From Sanchytrium tribonematis (lineage: Eukaryota): a stretch of 24,986 nucleotides of DNA. The position numbers and the translations under genes were made by a program. The stretch is taken from positions 1 through 24,986 of the forward strand of contig CM032193.1 of assembly GCA_018985235.1 (NCBI GenBank), in the 5' to 3' direction. Below the pieces are notes generated by a model. The model worked only from the letters and a program-made list of their open reading frames with translations, did no database searches and was not told where the DNA came from. Shown piece by piece: positions 9,891-24,986 of the stretch (within the stretch, counting starts at the first letter, position 1; every line of letters begins with the position of its first letter).

Positions 9891-11189
9891 ATGTTATTAA
9901 CAAGTATATTATGATACATATTAATAGGGTCAGAAAGAGTAAAGGGAAGAGAAATAAATAAAGAAATGAGTACAATAATATGGGTAAAAAGAGTATTATT
10001 TATAAGTTTATTTTTTAGTCTTTTATTAAGTATAAATAACCTATATTATCTAGGATTTATAGAAGGAGATTTATGTCTTTTTAATAATTATTTTCAATGA
10101 ACTATTACTGGATGTATATTTGAGGTTTTTACTTATATTATGATTCTTATTTTAATTAGAAGTAATTGAGATTTAGATAAATTTTTATCAATATTTGGTG
10201 TTATATTATTATTATATGTAAATGATTATATATCTTTTTATATAGCCTTAGAAAGTCAAAGTCTAATATTATATATATTAGCTTCTAGAGATTCAATAAG
10301 TTCAGGTATCAAATATTTTGTATATGGAAGTTTATCTTCAGCAATTATTATATTAGGAATAGCTATAATCTTTAATGAAACTGGAATGACGGATATTATG
10401 TTAATAAATAATATTACAGATAATAATAATTTATTATTTGGACGTAAACTTATTTTTCTTGGTCTTTTCATAAAATTAGGTGTTGCTCCATTCCATCTTT
10501 GAAATATTGATGTTATGGATAATTCTAATATTGATTTAACTGCTTGATTTGGTATTATCTCAAAAATCTCTCTCTTTTATGTCTTTAGATTATTATTACC
10601 TACAGAAACTGGACTTCTAGATATTAGTATCTTTATCTTAATCTCTCTCTTTATTGGTACTTTCCAAGGACTTATTCAAAATAAAATTAAAAGATTATTT
10701 GCTTATAGTGGACTTATTCATACTGGATTTATTTTATTAGGACTACAAGCTCTTTTATTGTTTTCACATACTGAAGGTTCATTAACTATTTATATTTATT
10801 GACTCTTTTATATTTTACAATATTTTTTATCTTTTTTAGTTATTTTATTAATTATTCACAATTTAGATGTTAGATATATTCATGATATTTCCCTTAATCC
10901 CTTTACTATGACTCTCTTTGTCTTACATCTTCTTTCTTTATCTGGTTTCCCTCCATTATCTGGCTTTATAGGTAAATTCTTTATCCTTAAATCTTTAATA
11001 ACTCAAGCCTTCTTATTGTGTCTTTTAGCTATTCTCTCTTCTGTCTTTAGTTTCTTTATCTATTTTAATGTTATTTCTCTTATTCAATTAGATCCTCTTC
11101 ATACTCTTCCTAATTCTATTGATTCTTGAATTATTTCTCTTTCTTCTTTCTTTCTCTTCTCTTCTCTCTTTAGTTTCTTCCTCCTTTAA
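9891..11189 (+). CDS. nad2: NADH dehydrogenase subunit 2 (432 aa)
   Basis: FYIALESQSLILYILA, GIKYFVYGSLSS, KLGVAPFHLW, KIKRLFAYS, LSLSGFPPLSGFIGKF; TAA 11187-11189. Confidence 0.94.
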
Positions 11190-11298
11190 TCTCTTCTCTC
11201 TTTTCTTCTTTTCTTCTCTCTAGTTTCTTCCTCCTTTAATCTCTTCTCTCCATTTCTTTTTTTCTCTATTATAATTATTTTTATATTTACTTTCTGAA

Positions 11299-11371
11299 GG
11301 GGATATATTTCAATTGGTAGAATAATAGCTTTGCAAGTTAAAGGTTATGAGTTCGAGTCTCATTATCTCCA
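11299..11371 (+). tRNA. trnA: tRNA-Ala (UGC)
   Basis: GGGGATA/TATCTCC acceptor with G3:U70, TTTGCAA loop, ATGAG-TTCGAGT-CTCAT T arm. Confidence 0.95.
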
Positions 11372-11504
11372 TATATTCTCATCTTATTATTATCACCTTA
11401 TATTTTCATCATATATTATCACCATATATTATCATCATAAATTATCATCATATATTATAATTATATATTATAATTATATATTATCATTATATTATCTAAT
11501 AGAT

Positions 11505-11578
11505 AGAACTATAGTATAATTGGTTAATACTTTCCTCTCATAAAGGAAACTATGTGGGTTCAAGTCCAACTAGTTCTA
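11505..11578 (+). tRNA. trnM: tRNA with CAU anticodon (elongator Met, or modified-C Ile)
   Basis: AGAACTA/TAGTTCT acceptor, TTCCT-CTCATAA-AGGAA anticodon arm. Confidence 0.85.
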
Positions 11579-11661
11579 AAAAGAATAAAATTAACAGAAA
11601 AAAAGATATATAGTAAATGCAAAAGAGGAAATTCTTTCCTTCTTTAAGGCTTAATAATATA

Positions 11662-11704
11662 TAATTATAATTAAGTACAAGCACTAACGTGTTAATTATA
11701 ATTA
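11662..11704 (-). repeat. Dispersed palindromic element, copy 7 (type A, inverted)
   Basis: Identical to copy 4. Confidence 0.92.
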
Positions 11705-11786
11705 TATAAATATATTAATTTTTAATAAAAAATGCACAGTGGTGCTCTAGGATGGTATAGCAAACGTATTTTTCAAAATAGATTGA

Positions 11787-12038
<252 letters not shown>

Positions 12039-12074
12039 TTTTTATAATATATTTTCCTTATTTTATTATTATAA

Positions 12075-12220
12075 GATAACCGATATATACTTAGTTTAAT
12101 AGACCGATATATATTTAGTTTAATAGACCGATATATATTTAGTTTAATAGATGGTTATATAATAAGTTAAATAGATGGATATATAATAAGTTAAATAGAT
12201 GGATATATAATAAGTTTAAT
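12075..12220. repeat. Degenerate ~23-mer tandem array resembling the trnH 5' region
   Basis: agtttaatagaccgatatatatt / agttaaatagatggatatataat units running into agtttaataggcggatatagttt. Confidence 0.7.
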
Positions 12221-12221
12221 A

Positions 12222-12293
12222 GGCGGATATAGTTTAGTGGTAGAGCAAGATATTGTGGATATCAAAGGGTAGGTTCAAATCCTACTATTCGCA
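12222..12293 (+). tRNA. trnH: tRNA-His (GUG), encoded G-1 included
   Basis: G + GCGGATA/TATTCGC acceptor, GATA-TTGTGGA-TATC anticodon arm, GTAGG-TTCAAAT-CCTAC T arm. Confidence 0.93.
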
Positions 12294-12684
12294 AATAATA
12301 ATTATTAATAAAATTAATAAGATTAAATTAATAAGATTAAATTAATAAGATTAAATTAATAAGATTAAAGAGTTAGGGTTTAATAATAATAATATGATAA
12401 AATTAATATGATTTTATTAATAAGATGATAGAAGTTTATAGTAATTAGGATGAAGAGGATAATGAAGAGGATAAATTTGGATTAATGAGGATGAAGGGGA
12501 TAAATAAGGATAAATTTTGATTTATTAGGAAGAAGAGGATAAATAAGGATAAATAAGGGAAAATAAGGAAAAATGAGGATATAATGAGGATATAATGAGG
12601 ATGAAGGGGGGATAAATAAGGAAGTAATTTATATAAAAAAAGGGAATATAAATTAATAAAAGAAGAATAGAAATATAGTGAAAA

Positions 12685-13398
12685 ATGAATATGTTTAGAT
12701 TAATGAATGATGTTGCTGAAGAATTTCAATGAGAATTTCAAGATCCTGCAACAGGATGATTAGAGGGAATAATAGAATTACATAGTTATATAATGATCTA
12801 TGTATTAGTAATGTTAGTGGGTGTTTTATGAATATTAAGTTCAATAATATTAAATAGTAATAATAAATTTGCTTATAAATATAATGTTGAAGGAAGAATG
12901 GTTGAATTTATATGAACAATGTTACCAGCTGTAGTATTAATAGCAATAGCAATACCTTCATTTAAATTATTATATTGAATGGATGAAGTTATTGATCCTG
13001 TTTTAACTATTAAAGTTATTGGAAAGCAATGATATTGGGATGTTGAATATGGTGATATTGTAGGTTATTCTTCTTATATGGTGCCAACAGAAGAATTAGA
13101 AGAAGGACAATATAGATTATTAGAAGTAGATAATAGAATTGTATTACCTATTAATAAAAAAATCAGAGTTATTGTTACTAGTGGTGATGTTATCCATTCA
13201 TGAGCTGTTCCTTCTTTAGGTATTAAAACTGATGGTATACCTGGTAGACTTAATCAGACATCTATAACTTTAAATAGAGAGGGTGTTTTTTACGGACAAT
13301 GTTCGGAACTATGCGGCGTTGGGCATGCCTTTATGCCGATAGTTGTAGAAGGAGTAAAATTAGAAGATTATATTTTATGATTAGAAAGTCAACAATAA
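12685..13398 (+). CDS. cox2: Cytochrome c oxidase subunit 2 (237 aa; alternative ATG at 12691)
   Basis: [33 protein letters not shown], CuA motif [18 protein letters not shown] 13396-13398. Confidence 0.97.
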
Positions 13399-13742
13399 AT
13401 ATTGGGTTTAAAAATCACATTCCTTTCTTATCTTCTTTACCTCTTAGAGGTAATTTATATTATCATCCCTCATTAATAGAAAATCATATCCTTTTATCAG
13501 GTAATAAAAATTGAAAATTACCTCTTATTAAATCTTTAGATAATCTTGATTTAGGTCTTATTAAATTAAATGGTCTTTCTCTCCATAAGTCTGGTAATTT
13601 ATTAAACGAAGTTAGAAAGAATACTCAAAAACTTTCTATTGGTACTTTTATTCACTCCTTTATTTACTCTCATAATTTCCCCTTATATAATCGTAGAGCA
13701 ATTATAGGCCATAAACTAAAGATAGCATATATTATTAAATAA
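13377..13742 (+). CDS. rps3: Short Rps3-like ribosomal protein (121 aa), overlapping cox2 by 22 nt
   Basis: Open under code 4; C-terminal [30 protein letters not shown]...[15 protein letters not shown] resembles the S3 C-terminal pattern (GxxIxxxGRL...R...G...GxIGxKVWI). Confidence 0.6.
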
Positions 13743-13870
13743 ATTTAATCCTCTTATATACCATAAACTAAAAATAGTCTTATTATTTAATCCTCTTATA
13801 TACCATAAACTAAAAATAGTCTTATTATTTAATCCTCTATTCCTTTTTTGCTCTTATATTATATATTATA

Positions 13871-13915
13871 TAATTATAATTAAGTACAAGCACAAGTTCT
13901 TGTTAATTATAATTA
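13871..13915 (-). repeat. Dispersed palindromic element, copy 8 (type B, inverted)
   Basis: Exact reverse complement of copy 5. Confidence 0.92.
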
Positions 13916-13925
13916 TAATTTATGA

Positions 13926-13963
<38 letters not shown>

Positions 13964-14002
13964 GATAAAATGATGAATAATAATAATAATAATAATAATG
14001 TA

Positions 14003-14075
14003 GATGGGTTAGAGTAATTGGTAACTCGTTAGACTCATAATCTAAAGAATATAGGTTCAATTCCTATACCCATTA
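14003..14075 (+). tRNA. trnM: tRNA-Met (CAU), probable initiator
   Basis: GATGGGT/ACCCATT acceptor, GAGT/ACTC D stem (A11:U24, initiator-like), TTAGA-CTCATAA-TCTAA anticodon arm. Confidence 0.9.
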
Positions 14076-14154
14076 TAAAACTCTATTTTAAAAAGAATAA
14101 AAGAGGGGAAAGAAAAAAAGAATAGAATAAAAGAAAGAATAAGTAAAGTATATT

Positions 14155-14242
14155 TATTTAAGAAAAGTTTAAGAAAAGTTTAAGTAAAGTTTAAGTAAAG
14201 TTTAAGTAAAGTTTAAGTAAAGTTTAAGTAAAGTTTAAGTAA
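14155..14242. repeat. Tandem 11-mer (AAAGTTTAAG(T/A)) x~7
   Basis: Direct reading upstream of cox1. Confidence 0.85.
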
Positions 14243-14290
14243 GAATTTATTGAGAATAAAGAACAAGTTTTATAGAAAAATCATTTTTTA

Positions 14291-19555
<5,265 letters not shown>

Positions 19556-19630
19556 ATATAATTTATCTAGTATTGTTAAAACTTATAATTAAATATAATA
19601 AAATTAACAACAACAATCATTTATTTACTT

Positions 19631-19700
19631 ATCCACCCCACATACACATATCCACCCCACATACACATATCCACCCCACATACACATATCCCCCCCCTTC
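19631..19700. repeat. Tandem 19-mer (ATCCACCCCACATACACAT) x3 ending in a C run
   Basis: Direct reading. Confidence 0.85.
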
Positions 19701-19829
19701 TTATTTATCCTTCTTATTTATCCTTCTTATATATCCCTCTCCATTTCTTTTTCTTCATCTCTTATAATTATTTTTATTCTCCATTTCTTTTTCTTCATCT
19801 CTTATAATTATTTTTATTCTCCATTTCTT

Positions 19830-19903
19830 GAGGATATAGCTCAATCTGGTAGAGCATCTAACTTTTAATTAGGCTGTTGTAGGTTCAAATCCTATTATCC
19901 TCA
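19830..19903 (+). tRNA. trnK: tRNA-Lys (UUU)
   Basis: GAGGATA/TATCCTC acceptor, TCTAA-CTTTTAA-TTAGG anticodon arm, TTCAAAT T loop. Confidence 0.95.
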
Positions 19904-20030
19904 TAATAAATATCATTAATAACTACTTCTTTACTTTTTTTTTTTATAATAACTACTTCTTTACTTTTTATAATAACTACTTCTTTAGGTATATATTTAT
20001 ATTTATATTTATATTTATATTTATATTTAT

Positions 20031-20144
20031 ATTTATATTAATATTAATCAAGAGCTATTATTCTTATAAATAAAGAGCTATAATTTTATAAATATTAATA
20101 TTGCTCTTTATTTATATTCATAATTAGCTAATATTAATATAAAT
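20031..20144. other. Long imperfect inverted repeat (hairpin)
   Basis: 20031-20046 pairs with 20129-20144 (16 bp); 20066-20078 pairs with 20103-20115 (13 bp). Confidence 0.7.
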
Positions 20145-20221
20145 CTGATGCTAATATTATTTATTTAAACTTTATATTAATCTGATGCTAATATTATTTA
20201 TAACTTCTTCTTTACCTTTTT

Positions 20222-20410
20222 ATAATAACTACTTCTTGAGGTATATATAACAGATTGAAGATAATAATAACTACTTCTTGAGGTATATATAACAGATTGA
20301 AGATAATAATAACTACTTCTTGAGGTATATATTATGAAAAAGATGGAAAATTATTATGAAAAAGATGGAAAATTATTATGAAAAAAAAAATGGATAATGA
20401 TTATGGAAAA
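20222..20410. repeat. Tandem 42-mer x~2.5 followed by a purine-rich 21-mer repeat
   Basis: ataactacttcttgaggtatatataacagattgaagata and attatgaaaaagatggaaaatt units. Confidence 0.8.
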
Positions 20411-20455
20411 ATGGAAAAGGAGATATAAAATAAAGAAGGTAAAGAGGAAAAAAGA

Positions 20456-21589
20456 ATGAAAGTAAATCCATATATGTCATTAATAAATAATTTATTTATT
20501 AATAGTTCTGCTCCATCTAATTTAACTTATTTTTGAAATTTTGGTTCTTTATTAGGTATGTGTCTTGTTATTCAAATTGCCAGTGGTATTATCTTAGCCT
20601 GTCATTATACACCTGATATTAATCTTGCCTTTATTAGTGTAGAACATATACAAAGAGATGTTATATACGGTTGATTTATTAGATATTTACATGCTAATGG
20701 TGCTAGTATATTCTTTATGTGTGTTTATATACATATTGCAAGAGGTTTATATTATGGTTCTTTTATGAGACCTAGATCTTCTGTCTGATTAATTGGTGTT
20801 GTTATTTTCTTTTTAATGTTTGGTACTGCCTTTATTGGTTATGTTTTACCCTTTAGTCAAATGTCTTATTGAGCTGCTTGTGTTATTACTAATTTAGTAT
20901 CAGCTATTCCTTGAATAGGAAAAGAATTAGTAGAATTCATTTGAGGAGGATTCAGTGTAGAAAATCCCACATTACAAAGATTTTTTAGTCTTCATTATCT
21001 TTTACCTTTTGTTATTGCCCTTTTTGTTTGTATTCATCTTATCTCTTTAATGGAAGCTGGTTCTGGTAATCCTACTGGTCTTTCTGGTGAAGTAGATAGA
21101 GTACCTTTTCATCCGTATTATACTTATAAAGATATTTTTGGTTTTTTATTATTATTACTTTTTTTTGTTTTATTAGTCTCTTACTTTCCTACTTTATTAT
21201 TACATTCTGATCACTTTATTCCCGCTAATCCTCTTGTTACACCAACTCATATTGTGCCAGAATGATATTTTTTAGCACAATATGCTATTCTTAGAAGTAT
21301 TCCTAATAAATTATTTGGTGTTTTAGCCATGATTGGCTCTATTATTATTTTAGCTATTTTACCTATCATAGAAACAAGTAGAATTAGAGGTTTAAGATTT
21401 AGACCTATTGCTAAATTCTTTTTTTGATTATTTATTGCTAATTTCTTTATCTTAGTTTGAATTGGACAATGTGTCCCCTCTTATCCTTATGATTTAATAG
21501 GACAAATTGGAACTCTATATTATTTCTCTTACTTTATTATTATTGTCCCTCTTACTGGACTTCTAGAAAATGTCTTTAATGAATTATAA
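20456..21589 (+). CDS. cob: Apocytochrome b (377 aa), intronless
   Basis: [28 protein letters not shown], four heme His present, HIVPEWYFL; TAA 21587-21589. Confidence 0.97.
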
Positions 21590-21617
21590 AATATATATAA
21601 TAAAAAATAAAAAGAAG

Positions 21618-21702
21618 GAGAAAGAGGCTGAAATGGTTAGGCAACCCACTGTAAATGGGGGAGAAGTAATTCTCAAAATAGGTTCGATACCTATCTTTCT
21701 CA
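21618..21702 (+). tRNA. trnY: tRNA-Tyr (GUA), long variable arm
   Basis: GAGAAAG/CTTTCTC acceptor, CCCA-CTGTAAA-TGGG anticodon arm, GAGAA-GTAA-TTCTC variable arm. Confidence 0.92.
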
Positions 21703-21730
21703 ATAAAAGAAGAAGAAAGAAAATAAATAA

Positions 21731-22516
21731 ATGAGAATAACTCACCCATATCATATTGTAGAAAATTCACCATGACCTTTTACATCAGCATTATCAGCAT
21801 TTGTATTTGCATTAGGACTTATTATGAATTTTAATGGAATTAAAAATAGTTCCTTATTATTATTCTTTGGTTTTTTTTTAGTTCTTCTTTCTGCCTTTCT
21901 TTGATGAACTGATGTTTCTATTGAAGGTTCTTACCAAGGAAAACATACTACTAAAGTAAAAGAAGGTTTAAAAATTGGTGTTATTTTATTCTTTATTTCT
22001 GAATGTTGTCTTTTTGCTAGCTTCTTTTGAGCTTATTTTCATGCTAGTCTTTCTCCCAATATTGAATTAGGTTCTGTTTGACCTCCTGCTGGAATACAAG
22101 TTATTGATCCCTGAAATATTCCTCTCTTAAATGTTATTGTTTTATTATCTTCTGGTGTTTTCTTAACTTGATCTCATGAAAAATTCTTGTCTGGCCATCA
22201 TTTTGATTCTAAATTTGGCCTTTTTCTTACTATTGTCCTTGGTTTCTTCTTTTTATGTCTCCAATTTTTAGAATTCTCTGTTGCTCCCTTTACTCTTGCT
22301 GACTCTGTTTATGGTAGTTCCTTCTTTATCCTTACTACTTGTCATATGCTACATGTTATTATTGGATCTTTTTTCTTATCTGTTGCCTTATTTAGATTCC
22401 CTCTTCTTACTAAAACTCATCATCTTGGTCTTGAAGCCTCTATTTGATATTGACATATTGTTGATCTTATTTATCTCGCCGTTTTTACTATTGTCTATTG
22501 ATGAGGTAGTCAATAA
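21731..22516 (+). CDS. cox3: Cytochrome c oxidase subunit 3 (261 aa)
   Basis: HPYHIVENSPWP, FFWAYFH, WPPAGI, DSVYGSSFF, WYWHIVD, YWWGS; TAA 22514-22516. Confidence 0.96.
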
Positions 22517-22574
22517 ATCTTTCTTTATAATTATTCATTATAATTATTCACCCTTTTTGAGCTTAATATCCTTA

Positions 22575-22617
22575 TAATTATAATTAAGAGCAAGCACTAA
22601 CGTGTTAATTATAATTA
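22575..22617 (-). repeat. Dispersed palindromic element, copy 9 (type A variant, inverted)
   Basis: TAATTATAATTAA-GAGCAAGCACTAACGTG-TTAATTATAATTA, 8 nt before trnV. Confidence 0.9.
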
Positions 22618-22625
22618 TTACTTTC

Positions 22626-22698
22626 AAGAGGTTAGTAGAATGGTAATACAGCAGTTTTACACACTGATAATTAGTGGGTTCGACTCCCCTACCTCTTA
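22626..22698 (+). tRNA. trnV: tRNA-Val (UAC)
   Basis: AAGAGGT/ACCTCTT acceptor, CAGT-TTTACAC-ACTG anticodon arm, TTCGACT T loop. Confidence 0.92.
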
Positions 22699-22702
22699 TA
22701 TA

Positions 22703-23055
22703 CCATATCTCAATAATCCTATCTCAATATTTATTTAAACCCTATCTCAATAACCCTATCTCAATAACCCTATCTCAATAATCCTATCTCAATATTTATT
22801 TAAACCCTATCTCAATATTTATTTAAAGCATAAATAATTATTATATATCCTTCTTATAAAATTACATCTTATATATCCTTCTCCTAGATTTCATATCAAA
22901 AATAAGATAATCATATCAAAAATAAGATAATCATATCAAAAATAAGATAATCATATCAAAAATAAGATAATTAGAAGTTTTTTAAAAAAGATAAATAAGA
23001 AAAATAAGAAAAATAAGAGAAATAAGAGAAAAAAGAGAAAAAAGAGAAAAAAAGG
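22703..23055. repeat. Successive satellites: (CCTATCTCAATA)n, (TCATATCAAAAATAAGATAA)x4, then purine-rich (AAGAGAAAAA)n
   Basis: Direct reading of the trnV-nad5 spacer. Confidence 0.8.
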
Positions 23056-23117
23056 ATAAATAAGTAGTTATTAATTATAGTGAATGATATAAAATAAAGA
23101 AAAGAAAAAAAGAAGAT

Positions 23118-24941
23118 ATGTATTTATTAATTTTATTTATACCATTATTAAGTTCTTTTATTGTTTCTTTTTTTGGTCGTTTATTAGGACGTGAAGGAAC
23201 ATATTTAGTAAGTATTTTGAGTTTATTTATTGTCACTATACTTTCTTTCTTTGCTATTTATGAAGCTGGTATTGAAAATATCACTACTCGTATTATTCTA
23301 GGTAATTGAATAGAAACTGAAGATATTAATATTAAATATGGCTTTTTATTCGACCCCCTTTCTATTGGTATGTGTATGACTATTTCTTTTATTTCTTTTA
23401 TTGTCTTTATTTTCTCTAAAGATTATTTAGCTGATGATCCCTTTATTATTAGATATTTTACCAATCTCTCTCTCTTTGTTTTATTTATGATCCTTCTTGT
23501 ACTTAGTGATAATTTTATTTTTACTTTTTTTTGCTGAGAAGGTGTCGGTATTACTTCCTATTTACTTATTAACTTCTGATTCACTCGTAGAGACTCTAAT
23601 TTATCTGCCATGCAGGCTGTTATATTAAATAGAGTCGGTGATTGAGGTTTATTATTAGCTATCTTTCTCGTTAATTTATTATTTATTAATTTAGATTATA
23701 ATATACTTAGTATTATCTCCGATTATATTCCACAACCTACTTATCACTTAGCTTTTATTAATTTCTTTATTCTTCTTGCTGCTTTTGCTAAATCCGCACA
23801 ATTAATCCTCCATACTTGATTGCCTTCTGCTATGGCTGCCCCTACTCCTATTTCTGCTCTATTACATGCAGCAACAATGGTTACATTAGGGGTGTATATT
23901 ATTATCCGTGCTTCTGTTCTTTTAAATGGTCTTTCTAATATCTTATTAATTCTTTATTTTATTGGTGCTCTTACTTCCCTTATTGCTGGTCTTACTGGAT
24001 TTAGTCAATTTGATATTAAGAAAGTTATTGCTTTTTCTACTTCTAGTCAAATTGGTTATATGATTACTGCTTGTGCTTCTCAAGAATATGCCGTTTCTTT
24101 TAATCATCTTGTTAATCATGCTTTTTTTAAAGCCTTCTTATTCATTAATGCTGGTTCTATTATCCATCATCTTAAAGATGAACAAGACTTTCGTAATATC
24201 GGCCTCTTAATTAAATCTAATCCTTGATTACACTTTGCCTTCCTTATTGGTACTCTTAGTCTTATTGCCTTTCCTTACTTTTCTGGTTTTTATTCTAAAG
24301 ACTTTATTCTTGAAGATCTTGCCCACTCTTGATCTCTCTCTTTATCTGGACGTATTATTTACTATCTACAACTTCTTACTGCCTGTATTACTACTATTTA
24401 TTGTTTTAGATCTTACTTTTATATCTTTTTAACTGATACTTCTAAACATTTCCTTCCTCTTCATGAACATCCTGTTTGACCCTCTATTCTTCTTAGTCTT
24501 CCTACTCTCTTTTCTGGTTATCTTCTTAGTGATTTATTTGTTGGACCTGGTTCTTCTTTTTGAGATGGTAATGGTATTCTTAAACTTACTGATAATGAAC
24601 TTCAAGAAGATGAATTACTCTTTATTACTCTCCTTATTTCCTTTCTTGGTCTTTCTCTTGGTTATATTTTCTCTGTTTCTCCACATTTAATCTCCCTTTT
24701 TTCTCTTGGTCAATTTAGATTCTTTTTTGATCATTTATATAATCATTTTTTTGCTGCCTCTTTACTCCATGATGCTAAACTTACTGGACAATTCCTCGAT
24801 AAAGGTCTTATTGAATTCTTTGGTTTTAAAGGCCTTTCTAGATTCTTTTTTTATTTTAAATATAATTCTTTTGATTCTGGTTTCCTTCCCAATTATCTCC
24901 TTTTACTTTTCTTCGGCCTTTTCTTTTTACATTTCTTATAA
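23118..24941 (+). CDS. nad5: NADH dehydrogenase subunit 5 (607 aa)
   Basis: FFGRLLG, WEGVGITSYLLINFWFTR, AKSAQ, PTPISALLHAATMV, DIKKVIAFSTSSQIG, GFYSKDFILE, LDKGLIEFFG; TAA 24939-24941. Confidence 0.96.
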
Positions 24942-24986
24942 TTACACTATTTACAATACTCTTTAACATGCCCCCCCCCCCCCCCC

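Noticed and set aside
11590..11660. rnpB (RNase P RNA)
   Set aside because: GAGGAAATTC and GGCTTA resemble conserved regions, but no proper P4 pairing or CR V (ACAnAAnnnnGCUUA) could be built.

Overview
Very AT-rich, fungal-type mitochondrial DNA using genetic code 4 (TGA=Trp at conserved Trp sites; ATA=Ile), which is why the supplied ORF track breaks every gene into pieces. Gene order: trnN(-), atp6(-), nad1, atp8, trnL, nad3, trnI, rns, rnl (ORF-less group II intron at L2059 and group I intron at L2584), trnC, trnG, trnT, nad2, trnA, trnM, atp9, trnH, cox2, a very short rps3-like ORF overlapping cox2, trnM, cox1 (three group I introns with LAGLIDADG ORFs), trnK, cob, trnY, cox3, trnV, nad5, then a terminal C run. 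nad4, nad4L, nad6 and several tRNAs are not in the window, so it is probably a partial genome. Most unusual: (1) nine copies of a 43-45 bp element with 13-bp inverted arms around an oriented core, in both orientations and mostly near tRNA genes, one inverted pair enclosing trnG; (2) a repeated purine-to-pyrimidine sawtooth skew running through genes and spacers, with a long hairpin at one switch point; (3) a cytochrome b with natural G143A, G137S and H202M substitutions; (4) a 121-aa Rps3-like protein. All calls were made by eye; no searches were run.
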